Below the pieces are notes generated by a model that was not told where the DNA came from, searched no databases, and worked only from the letters and a program-made list of their open reading frames with translations. 64,000 nt of DNA from Macrostomum lignano. Lineage: Eukaryota. A program made the position numbers and the translations under genes. The stretch covers positions 1 through 64,000 of the forward strand of contig NIVC01001718.1 of the NCBI GenBank assembly GCA_002269645.1. Direction: 5' to 3'. Below, in pieces: positions 12,701 through 23,800 of this stretch (positions are counted from its first letter, which is position 1; each line of letters begins with the position of its first letter).

Positions 12701-14444
12701 TCATTTATTAAATCGGATTGTATGTTGAAAGCTTCTTATGCCAGCATTGCGAGCGTAGTAGCATTTATTGCCCAGCTTGATAGTGAGCAGTGGCCAAGTT
12801 CTCGTAGATTCGCAAGCCAGTTTGACTCGGCTGTCTGCGATTTAGGCGCAGGGCTCTTAGAGATAAGCGCTGAATGTCAAGCAAAGTGGACTGTTTATAG
12901 GCATATCTAGGTTTCCCCTCTTACTATTGGGTATCGCGTAAGCAATTATTTTATCTGACTCGAACTGTGCATATGCCGCGGCAGCTTAGGTGTCATGCAA
13001 GCATGCAAGCTCTAGGCAGCAATATAGCTACATAGAGAAAATGGTACAACTGTGCTTCTCCGTAGCTATTTATAAAGGCTTTGGTGGTGGTTCTGAATCT
13101 CGGCACACGAATTTGCATCAACCGCAGAGAGAACGAAATCTGAGCGAATGCCGGTCAGAGCGTGGGAAATGCCCTGTTGTGATAAAAACTCGTCTTTTCT
13201 ATTAGTTCCTTCTTATACAATAATCCTACGCTGTGCGGCAATCTAGAGATTTCTAGCCGAATATCCTTACGTCTAATTGGTAGATTTCTACTAGATATCC
13301 CGACGCCTAATTGGTAGATTTCTACTAGATATCCCGACGCCTAATTGGTAGATTTCTACTAGATATCCCGACGCCTAATTGGAAGATTTCTACTAGATAT
13401 CCCGACGCCTAATTGGTAGATTTCTACTAGATATCCCGACGCCTAATTGGAAGATTTCTACTAGATATCCCGACGCCTAATTGGTAGATTTCTACTAGAT
13501 ATCCCGACGCCTAATTGGTAGATTTCTACTAGATATCCCGACGCCTAATTGGTAGATTTCTACTAGATATCCAGACGCCTAATTGGAAGATTTCTACTAG
13601 ATATCCCGGCGCCTAATTGGTAGATTTCTGCTAGATATCCCGACGCCTAATTGGTAGATTACTACTGGATATCTAGGCGCCTAATTGGTAGATTTCTACT
13701 AGATATCCCGACGCCTAATTGGTAGATTTCTACTAGATATCCCGATGCGAGTTTGTTAAACAACCTTCTGTGTCTGCCTTTTTCGAATACAGATTATCAT
13801 TACTTGCGTTTGACCTTGTACTTTCGACGCAGAATGAAACACGCTTGATTAAAAACTGCTACAGCTTCTAGTCCTTCCTTTTCCGACCGACCTTCTTCCT
13901 CTTTGCTTGCCAGTTGCTTTCCGCAGCCGGCTGAAAAATCCATAAATTGAATAATGACTTCTTCGGCTGGTCAGCCAGCCAAGTGTATGCGGTGTGTTGG
14001 AGAGCCCACCAGTTGGCCTGCAATTTTACAATCCGAATCACTATGCATTACTCTTGAACGCAACTGTCGGCTGTTAGCTGCCCCTGTCCCTTACTGCTTA
14101 TTGCATAAACCTCTTTTTGACTTGTTCAAAATTCTATATCTTACTACGTTAGTAGCATAAAGCGAAAACGAAATCATTTTCTGATAACACCACCCATTTT
14201 CTCTCCGCGCCCGTGAATGAAAGGCCTCCTGATTGGTGTGCCGCTGCTGCGCAATCTGGACGTTAAAAACTGGGAGAAGGTGCTCTATTGGATCTTTCTC
14301 ATTCTATTCCTGCTGCTGATGGCCGGAGCCGTGCTATTCAACGTGTTCTGCGGCAACAAAGGCGTGGACATGTGCTATGCCATGCCCAAGCCGACAGAGC
14401 CGCCCACAGATGGCAGCGTCTACCTGGTGAACCGAAACTTCTGA
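9702..14444 (+). CDS. Rhomboid intramembrane serine protease with N-terminal EF-hand (RHBDL-like), ~397 aa; exons 9702-9704, 9752-9775, 10053-10486, 11404-11548, 11627-11993, 14224-14444
   Basis: EF-hand loop DADRNNRITYEEF, WR motif (EAWRFVSY), H..HLIFN, catalytic GASGG and AHGGG. All junctions are GT-AG with compatible phases (1194 nt total). The first two tiny exons are less certain than the last four. Confidence 0.9.
10564..11391. mobile_element. Non-autonomous hAT-type MITE carrying a 21-bp minisatellite, in a rhomboid intron
   Basis: Perfect 16-bp TIR CATAGGCGTAGGAACG / CGTTCCTACGCCTATG. 8-bp TSD TCATTTTT / CCATTTTT (7 of 8 match), the length typical of hAT. Confidence 0.82.
10709..11215. 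repeat. 21-bp minisatellite (GCCAAAATGAGTGCCTGCGGC)n
   Basis: Direct tandem units; a variant block recurs with a 189-bp (9-unit) period. Confidence 0.95.
12040..12665. repeat. 32-bp minisatellite (CTGTCACATGCTCAAACCTTCATAAGCTCAAC)n
   Basis: Tandem units starting about 45 nt after the rhomboid donor at 11994. Confidence 0.95.
13255..13745. repeat. 34-bp minisatellite (TAGATATCCCGACGCCTAATTGGTAGATTTCTAC)n
   Basis: Near-identical tandem units in the last rhomboid intron. Confidence 0.95.
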
Positions 14445-15859
14445 GTGCAAGTAGATTTAATCGGTTTTTTTTAATTCTCTGCTGTGTGTATTTTTCTTTT
14501 CTATTGCTTGCTCTGCTTTAGTTATAAAAAATATATTTAACATACAAGTATTGTTAGTTTTACACTTCAATTATTGTGCTTCACCGTGCAAAGTATTTTT
14601 CACCAGTTTACTTAATTGCTGTTAGTGTTGATTATTTGTGAAAATCACAAGTTCGCACAATTCAATTAGAAGCAATGTAATTTATATATACAATTATTAT
14701 TTATATTCAGGTATTTTTAAAGACATACCTGCCACCGTGCCTAAACCAAACTTAGTTAATTATAAACTATAGTGTGCTTAATAAAAGATAAATTTTTGTT
14801 TGACAATCTTGGTTATCAATTTGATGCGAACATTTGCAATAGCTAGAGTACACACGCGAGTGTTTTTTCTTGCTCACTTCTATTTTGGTCTTGGATATCC
14901 AAAATATTTTTCTATTTCAAAGAGCCAAAGTTGTCAATTGTCTTAAAACAATTTTAAGATCATTGTTATTTCTGCAATCCTTTTTTACAGTGTTTTTCCT
15001 GCACATGCCATGCCGTTAGTGTTCTATAAATGCATGGTATTTTTCATTTGAGCATAGCTCTCTTACCTTGGGCTATATGCAATACAATAAGCGATCTGAT
15101 TAGTCTACTCACCAAAACTGCTTTGCTTGCATCGATTATACATATATTTACGAATCAAGATGGCTGCTTTTGATTCCAGCGCTGTTTGGTGTAGCTATTT
15201 ATTTAAAAATTATTATTGCCCAAATAAACGCGCGCATTCAAGCTTCTATGAATTAGCTGCCTTTTTTAATTCTAGGAATATGGAAATTGGCATGCCGCAA
15301 TCTACTGAGCCTTTGTCATTTTTAAATGTACGGTTTCAAACTACCTCAGCCAAACAAGCTTTGTTGGTGAGGCCCTGAGAAAACGGATTCAAGGACCTTG
15401 GCAGCGATTCAACCTGTTGGTTTACACGTAGCAAAAATAGAAAATAGAAAAAAATGCCTCTAAAAATGTGATTGATAGAGACAATATAGTTTTCTATTCT
15501 TGCCAAATGAAAAATCGCTCCGCAGACCCACTGCTGTTAGCATTCTTGAGGTGAAGTTATCCTTGAAAAACCAAAGGCAAGAAGCGACAGACATTAAATA
15601 TGATTTATTGCGCTAGTTAGCGCGTCTGCGCCCTTAACCGGAATGCAGAAATTAAGAAAAATATTACTTGTATCAGTAATATCAGTAGGATGTAGCAAGA
15701 CGCGAAATTTTTATATACACCATTTTTACTGTTATGTTACCACAGGTAGGTAATTTGCAACTATTAAACAGCTTCAGAAGTATATTTGAAGCACTCAATA
15801 GGAAACATTAAAATGCAGCTGGGAAAAAACAATTCGTTTACAATTGAGTTGTTCCCACC

Positions 15860-17450
15860 GCCAAGCTACTTCACTGGCTAAACCCACCCCATCTCTAAGC
15901 TACTTCACTGGCTAAACCCACCCCATCTCCAAGCTACTTCACTGGCTAAACCCACCCCATCTCCAAGCTACTTCCCTGGCTAAACCCATCTCCAAGCTAC
16001 TTCACTGGCTAACCCCATCTCCAAGCTACTTCACTGGCTAACCCCACCTACAAGCTACTTCACTGGCAAACCCCATCTCCAAGCTACTTCACTGGCAAAC
16101 CCCATCTCCAAGCTACTTCACTGGCTAAACCCACCCCATCTCTAAGCTACTTCACTGGCTAAACCCACCCCATCTCCAAGCTACTTCACTGGCTAAACCC
16201 ACCCCATCTCCAAGCTACTTCCCTGGCTAAACCCATCTCCAAGCTACTTCACTGGCTAACCCCATCTCCAAGCTACTTCACTGGCTAACCCCACCTACAA
16301 GCTACTTCACTGGCAAACCCCATCTCCAAGCTACTTCACTGGCAAACCCCATCTCCAAGCTACTTCACTGGCTAAACCCACCCCATCTCTAAGCTACTTC
16401 ACTGGCTAAACCCACCCCATCTCTAAGCTACTTCACTGGCTAAACCCACCCCATCTCCAAGCTACTTCACTGGCTAAACCCACCCCATCTCCAAGCTACT
16501 TCCCTGGCTAAACCCATCTCCAAGCTACTTCACTGGCTAACCCCATCTCCAAGCTACTTCACTGGCTAACCCCACCTACAAGCTACTTCACTGGCAAACC
16601 CCATCTCCAAGCTACTTCACTGGCAAACCCCATCTCCAAGCTACTTCACTGGCTAACCCCACCCCATCTCCAAGCTACCTCACTGGCTAACCCCATCTCC
16701 AAGCTACCTCACTGGCTAACCCCATCTCCAAGCTACTTCACTGGCTAACCCCATCTCCAAGCTACTTCAATGGCTAACCCCATCTCCAAGCTACTTCACT
16801 GGCAAACCCCATCTCCAAGCTACTTCACTGGCAAACCCCATCTCCAAGCTACTTCACTGGCTAACCCCACCTCCAAGCTACTTCACTGGCTTACCCCACC
16901 CCATCTCCAAGCTACCTCACTGGCTAACCCCACCTCCAAGCTACTTCACTGGCTAACCCCACCCCATCTCCAAGCTACCTCACTGGCTAACCCCACCCCA
17001 TCTCCAAGCTACCTCACTGGCTAACCCCATCTCCAAGCTACTTCACTGGCTAACCCCACCTCCAAGCTACTTCACTGGCTAACCCCACCCCATCTCCAAG
17101 CTACCTCACTGGCTAACCCCACCTCCAAGCTACTTCACTGGCTAACCCCACCCCATCTCCAAGCTACTTCACTGGCTAACCCCACCTCCAAGCTACTTCA
17201 CTGGCTTACCCCACCCCATCTCCAAGCTACCTCACTGGCTAACCCCACCTCCAAGCTACTTCACTGGCTAACCCCACCCCATCTCCAAGCTACCTCACTG
17301 GCTAACCCCATCTCCAAGCTACTTCACTGGCTAACCCCATCTCCAAGCTACTTCACTTGTTAACCCCATCTCCAAGCTACCTCACTGGCTAACCCCATCT
17401 CCAAGCTACTTCACTGGCTAACCCCATCTCCAAGCTACTTCAATGGCTAA
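15860..17450. repeat. 29-34-bp minisatellite (CCCCATCTCCAAGCTACTTCACTGGCTAA[ACCCA])n
   Basis: About 1.6 kb of tandem units ending about 70 bp from the ZCCHC10 stop codon. Confidence 0.95.
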
Positions 17451-17523
17451 CCGCACATCGAAGCTCTCGCTTAAAAAAGTGAAGAAACATAGGGAATAAA
17501 AGCAAGCATATTTTGAGCACAAA

Positions 17524-18039
17524 TCAATCCCGCCCAGATGATGAAGAGCGAGAGCCACCGCTGTTCCCATCTTGTTTTTGCTGCTTTCGCAGTTCGATCA
17601 TTCGTTTCAACAGTTCAATCTTCTTCTGACGCGTCGCCTCGTCCTCGTTTGCGCCGTCGTCTGATTCGTCTTCATTGTCGCTTTCACTGCTGCTGCTGCT
17701 GCTGCTGCTGCTGCTAGTGCTGCTGCTGGACGATGATGATGATGATGATGATGATGATGAAGACTTAGCCTTGGCTTTAGTCTCCTTGCTTCCGCAAGCG
17801 CCGCCAGCGATAACAACGCGAGCTTGGCCAGTAGCGGACACGCGCAACCGCTTATCCAAGTGCTTAGTGTGACTCTCCCGTTCCAAATACTTGCGCTTAC
17901 CTGTGCACTGGTAGGTCCAATGGCCGCGCTGGTAGCATTTCTGACAGCGGGCGGATTGGTTTTTCTCTTCGGCAGTCTGCCGGGTATAGAAGGCTGGCAG
18001 GCGGGGCCCGCCAGGCCGGCCACTGATTGGGGCTGACAT
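17524..18039 (-). CDS. ZCCHC10: Zinc finger CCHC domain-containing protein 10-like, intronless, 171 aa
   Basis: CQKCYQRGHWTYQCTGKRKYLERESHTKHL zinc knuckle followed by a poly-Ser/acidic tail, the architecture typical of the family. Confidence 0.88.
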   Translation of the reverse strand: MSAPISGRPGGPRLPAFYTRQTAEEKNQSARCQKCYQRGHWTYQCTGKRKYLERESHTKHLDKRLRVSATGQARVVIAGGACGSKETKAKAKSSSSSSSSSSSSSSSTSSSSSSSSSSESDNEDESDDGANEDEATRQKKIELLKRMIELRKQQKQDGNSGGSRSSSSGRD

Positions 18040-19617
18040 TACTCTAATTGCTGGTCAGCTGGCAGACTGCACTGCAATGCAAGAAGAGGTCAATCAAGAT
18101 ACTTACAAGAGAGTAGCCACTAAAGAGTAGCCAGAATGAGTTTGAAGGACTTGTGGCAAATCTAATAATATGCAATAGACAGCCCTGTGCTACTGAAATT
18201 TACATTCTTCCTATTAGACATAAATATAATTATCTATGGTTATAAAAGCTATGACTTTCTTTTTATTAAAAAACAACTAAGCTATTTTTATTTCCTATTT
18301 TTATCAATCTAAAACTTTTATAAAGGAACTTCAAGATATAAATGGTGCATTATCTCACTTTTTAGCATACAGAATAGTATTCTAGCTAGATGAAACAATT
18401 TTGTCATTTAAAAAGAACACAAAGAGGTAAAAACAGATAGGAAGACATTGCTTCTAGCTATCATTTTTCTAGCTTAAATTACAAGTTTTTGGTCAAGCCT
18501 ACCATCTTTCTCTATGATACATATTACCTAAGATCCTTGGCATATCATATAACCTTTTTTCTGACTAAGCATAAGCCTGAAAGGTTAACCAAGCATATTT
18601 TATTTTATTCCAAAATTATAGTCTATCTATGTATATACCATGTACTATTCAATACTCAAATTCCTGTAGTGAGCCGCTAGTTTATGGTTAGGCGTCGCCC
18701 TTGTCAGCCGTTCCCTTGCCCTCCCTTTGGGTTGCTGTCTGCCGCTGGTCAGCTTCCCGCCCTCCTTTCGCTTGCCTGTTGCCCCCGTGTCCTTTCCGCC
18801 CTGCTGCGTTTCCGTTCTCAGCCCTCAGTCTCTCGACTGTGAGCAAGTCACATGACAGTTCTTGCGTTCTTTGAGTCTTAAAGTGCAGTAAACATGTTTA
18901 CTGCACTCGCTGCCCCTGTTTACCGGGTGAGTCACGTGCTTTCGGACCCCTCCCTTCTCTAAGGAGAGGAGTGACTCATGTTGCTAAAAATAGCAACTGA
19001 GTCACAGCTGCGTGTACTCTGGCCGGGGCCTCAAGTGACGTCAGTTCTAAAAATAGAACAAGTCACGAGGTCTTCCGCACGCTTGTACCCTGCCCAAGAC
19101 TCTCGAGTGACATCAGTTCTAAAAATAGAACAAGTCACGAGGTCTTGTGCGCGGGTGTTTCCCGGCTATAAATAGGAGCTCTCTCCCCCTTGTTTCCGTC
19201 AAGGAGTTCTTGAATCCCGAGTTCTAAGACCCGTGTGCGTTAGCATCTGAACTGAGCGCCCGACTGCGTATATTGAATCTGTTCTTATTGGTCTGTCTGA
19301 GACCCGACCAAGCCAGCCCGAACGAGAGGCTAACTCAGCCCCCCCTTTACCATCCTAGCCCGGCCGGAACTGCTGACGAGACGCCTAGTACGTTGAGCTG
19401 CAAATCTGCACGCTGTGCTGTGTTCGTTGACTTCGTTAATTTCGTTCCGACGGGAAGCTCACCTCACCGAAGGCCGAGACCTGAAGGAACTGGTGGCAGC
19501 ACTACTTACGCTACTGAGATTTGAGAGAACTTCCCTCTGAAGAGGCTCGAGACTTAAGGTAATCTTAAGTGCCTAAACCGGGAAGAAAACCCATTCTATT
19601 TCACTGGTGACGCAGCG

Positions 19618-20868
19618 GTGGGATCCGACTACGACACACCCAAGCCAACCGCTCTTTCGAGAACGACATCGGCCAGCGACTACGACGAGTTCAACATGTT
19701 CAACGAGCGAGACGAGAGCCGGTGCAGCAGCCGGCTGGATCAGCACATCAGCAGTTCGAGGCCTGCGGCTGCGGACGCCGCAGCAGCAGCAGCGATCAAC
19801 GACCTTGGTCAGCAGCCGACGCCGAGGCGAGGTGCCAGAAGCGACGTGTCCGACGACCCGCCAGACGAGCTTCTGCAAGGCCTGGACAACATCGACCGGA
19901 ACATCACGCACCAGGACGTGAGGACCATGATGGCAGCTCTGCAGCAGCAGATGGAGCGGCCTGTGAGTAAACAAGTTTAGATTGTGAAGTATACTCCAAG
20001 TCAGGACATTTATGTCTGGCTTGCCGCGTTCGAGCAGCGTTGCGAGATGGAGCGCATCGTCGACCCGTTCGAGATGAAACAACACCTCATCGCGAGTCTG
20101 GATTTGGCTACTGCGTATCCTTCCTTGCTTAGTATGAATCTTCCGCGTTTCGCCAGCTACGAGGAGGTCAAGCAGCGTCTGATAGAGCGATTTGCCCGTC
20201 ATGGTGGTGCTGATGAGTATCGAGAACTGTTGAGGCGTCGTCAACAATGCAAGAATGAGTCAGCAGAAGAGTTTGCTGACGCCCTGAGAACTCTTGGTGA
20301 ACGTGCGTATCCTCGAATGCATCCTGAAGACCGCGAGAAGGAGATTGCTGATCAATTCCTTGCTGGTATCCGGACGACTCCAGACCTGCGTAAACGGTTG
20401 TACTGGGTCCGCCCAAATAATCTTCTTGCTGCGATTCGAGAACTACGACGATTAGAAGGCGCCAAAGAATTGGCGCAGCGAACCGCTTAACCCCCGGTTA
20501 GGATGTTGGACGGGGAGCGGGACGGCGACCCGAAGCCCGACGTCACCGCCCAAACCTTGCTGACTCTAACCGACTTGATCGAGAAGCAGCAGCGACTGCT
20601 TGATCACCTGGTGCAGCGTGACCAGCAGCAGGTAGCAAGTCCGCCGCAGAGAGCCATAGTCTGTTATGGCTGCGGACAGCCCGGCCATCGCAACACCCAG
20701 TGCCCGATGCGCCAGAACCAGGGAAACGGCCAGGCGGAGAGCGACAACGGCACCGCCCTCCGCGAGGTCCAAGCCCAGGCTACTTGGCAGACTCCGAGAG
20801 GTCACCAGAAGAAGAGGATGTCGGCTGTGCAGGCGCCAATGCCCAGTCCGACAGTCGCTCGTCAGTAA
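19618..20868 (+). pseudogene. Element A gag with CCHC knuckle; in-frame stops at 19978-19980 and 20488-20490
   Basis: Three consecutive same-frame ORFs; CYGCGQPGHRNTQC (CX2CX4HX4C). Homologous to element B gag (KYTPSQDIYVWL vs RYTPNQDFDVWI). Confidence 0.85.
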
Positions 20869-23800
20869 GTGACGCGGAGTGCGGAGGTTTCGTGGACACC
20901 TCCCCGAATCAAAAAATCCATGCGCGTGAGGCCGATCCGTACGTCACAGGTCGAGTTGCGAGTCGAGAGGTCCCTTTCTTGCTTGACAACGGCAGCCGGA
21001 AAAACTTTCTTGGTTCGTCAACCTGGGCCGCTATTAGACGTCGGATGCCTCGTTGTATTATATCGCATGCTATTCCCGATTGCATAACTATGTATGATGG
21101 GACGCAGCTCCCTCTTGCTTGTAAGGTGACCATCCCGGTGGAGTTCGGTGATGTCGTCGCGGACACCGAATTCCTCATCACGGTCTCCGATTGTGAAAAC
21201 TTGCTTGGCGTATCGTTTATGCGAGAGCACTGCCAGAACTTGGACTTCGCTCAAGGAATGTTGAAGTTCAACAATGGCACGTGCATCCCTGTTCGCTATT
21301 CGCGTCGTGAGCTTCAGAACTGCCGAGTGTACACCTCTGAGAAGTGCACCCTGCCGCCTAGAAGTTCAGCGCTGCTTGCCGTCAGACTGGATGACGGCCA
21401 CCCTGAGAATCGAGGATCGCCATCAATTGTCGAGCTGGTTAAGTCGAGGCTGCATCCCAGCTGCAACGCTCTGGAAGCAGCGCCTGCTCTGATGACGATG
21501 CCTGAAGGTCGCAGCTACATTGAGGTCGTCAACACCGCCGACAGCGAGGTGTTCCTGCAAGCCGGTATCCGTGTTGGTGTTGCGACGCCACTCCGAACTG
21601 CCGACCTGATGTACTTGAGCGAGACGCCCGAACCTGAAGTGCGGCACCTCCCGAAGAACTCTGAAGAGTCCAGCACAGCATGGCTAGATGAAGTCGAGAT
21701 CAACAGCGAATTGTCCAAAGAACAACATCAAAGAGTGCAAGATCTGCTAGTCGAATGTCAAGCGGCCTTCTCTAAGCACTCGCTAGACGCCGGCCTGACT
21801 CACCTGGTGACCCACGAGATCATCCTGAAGGATCGAACGCCAGTGGCGCTACCACCACGCCGAATTCCGCCTCATCTGAAGGACAAGCTCGACGCCCTGC
21901 TAGACGAGATGCTGGCGAAGCACATCATTCGCCCTGCCTACTCGAGCTACAATTCGCCAATGCTCATCGTGCCCAAGAAGGACGGCAACATCCGACTAGT
22001 CCACGACTTCAGAGCTCTCAACGACAGGTGTGTGTATCACCCGTATCCGCTGCCGCACATCCAGGAAACCTTCGCGAAGCTACGTGGTGCTCAGTGGTAT
22101 TCCAGCTTGGACCTTGCTCAAGGATTCTGGCAGATCCCGCTGCGCGACTGCGACCAGCACTTGACGGCGTTCTCAGTAATCGACCGCGGCCAATTCTGTT
22201 TTAACGTTCTACCGATGGGTCTCCACGATAGTCCCGGCAGCTTTCAGCGTTGCATCAATAAGCTCCTGGACGGCCTGACGCCAAAGACTGCGCTTGGCTA
22301 CATGGACGACATCGTGGTGCACTCAGTGACTTTTGAGGAACAGCTGGATAATCTGCGGACTGTGCTCCAGCGCATCATCGCAGCCAACCTCAAAGTGAAA
22401 CCGAAGAAGTGTCATTTGTTCCTCAAGGAGCTGCATTATTTAGGTCACGTCGTGACTCCCGACGGCCTGAAGACCTGCGAGGACAAGATTGCGCAGATCC
22501 GTGATTGGCCCGTGCCACAGTCTGTTACTCAACTGAGACAATCCTAGGCCTCGCCAATTACTACCACAAGTTTGTCTACGGCTACGCTGGAGTGGCTGCG
22601 CCGCTGCATGCCCTGACGCGAAAGGACATTGGCAGCCTGCGGCAGCACTGGACTCCCGAGCATCAGCACGCGTTCGACACTCTGAAGAAGAAATTGTGTT
22701 CGACTAAAGTTCTCGCTCTGCCTGAGTTTAATTCTGATCCTGCAGTGAAGTTTGTCCTCGACACGGATGCCTCTGATATTCGAATAGGCGCTTGTCTTGG
22801 ACAACTGCAATCCGACGGCGTCGAACGTCCAATTGCATTCTTTAGCCGTAAACTTCGCGATCCTGAGAAGCGCTACACGGTCACGAAGAAAGAGCTGCTT
22901 GCAATTGTGGACGCTATGCGACATTTCCGTCATTACTTAATCGGCAAGAAGTTTGAAGTTCGATCCGATCATCGGGCCTTACTGTGGTTACTGAACCAGA
23001 CTCAGGCCACAGGTATTTTAGGCCGCTGGATCGAACGCCTAAGCGAGTTCCGCTTCCAGCTCAACCACCGCAAAGGCAAGGACCACGCCAACGCTGATGC
23101 CCTGTCAAGAAGACCGGAGGGCCCGCCGATCTTCTTCGATCATGGCCGACTGCTAGAGCAACCCGGTTCTGCAGCCCGACCCGGTGACGACCCCGACCTG
23201 GAACCGGACTTGGACGCGACTCCCGAGGCCACTGCCGGAGCAGCCCTCCCGAAGACTGTCCATTCTCGCAACTTGGAGGCCGAGACTGACCTGGACGAAG
23301 ACCTGGAAGCCACCGCACCAGCAGCCTTCCAGCACGACGCCCACCGCTGCAGTCAACGCCTGGAGACCGGCCTGGACAACAACCCAGAGACCACTGCGAC
23401 AACAGCCCTCTGCCGCGACGCCCACGCCGCCTGCCGCTATCTGGAGACCAATCTGGACGAAGTCCCCGAGGCCACCGCTGAAGCAGACCTCCTTGACGAC
23501 GCCCAAGACTTCCGGTCTCGGAATCTGGAGACGCCCACGGACCAAGATTCAAAGGCCACCGCACCAGCAGCCCTTCTGATGATGGCCCGCAACGCAACTC
23601 TAGGACAGCAACTTAAGTACAACCCTTCTGAGCCTTTCGCTGAGATCTCTCGCCATGTTGACAGGGGCCAGAATCTCGCGCCAGCTGCAAGGTCGAAGCT
23701 CTGTCCCCCGGGCCGACAGACAGCTGCTCATCGCCTGTGCGGAAAGTCGAGTCCCCCTTTGCGACACCGCCCAGTGCAGGAGAAGACTCACCCAGATTTG

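Noticed and set aside
12040-13745. Regularly spaced 32-34-bp repeats superficially like a CRISPR array
   Set aside because: Units are head-to-tail with no unique spacers, there are no cas genes, and the context is a eukaryotic intron.
18978-19175. 65-aa ORF repeated at 28344-28541
   Set aside because: It is an LTR U3 sequence with an internal duplication and has no coding signature.
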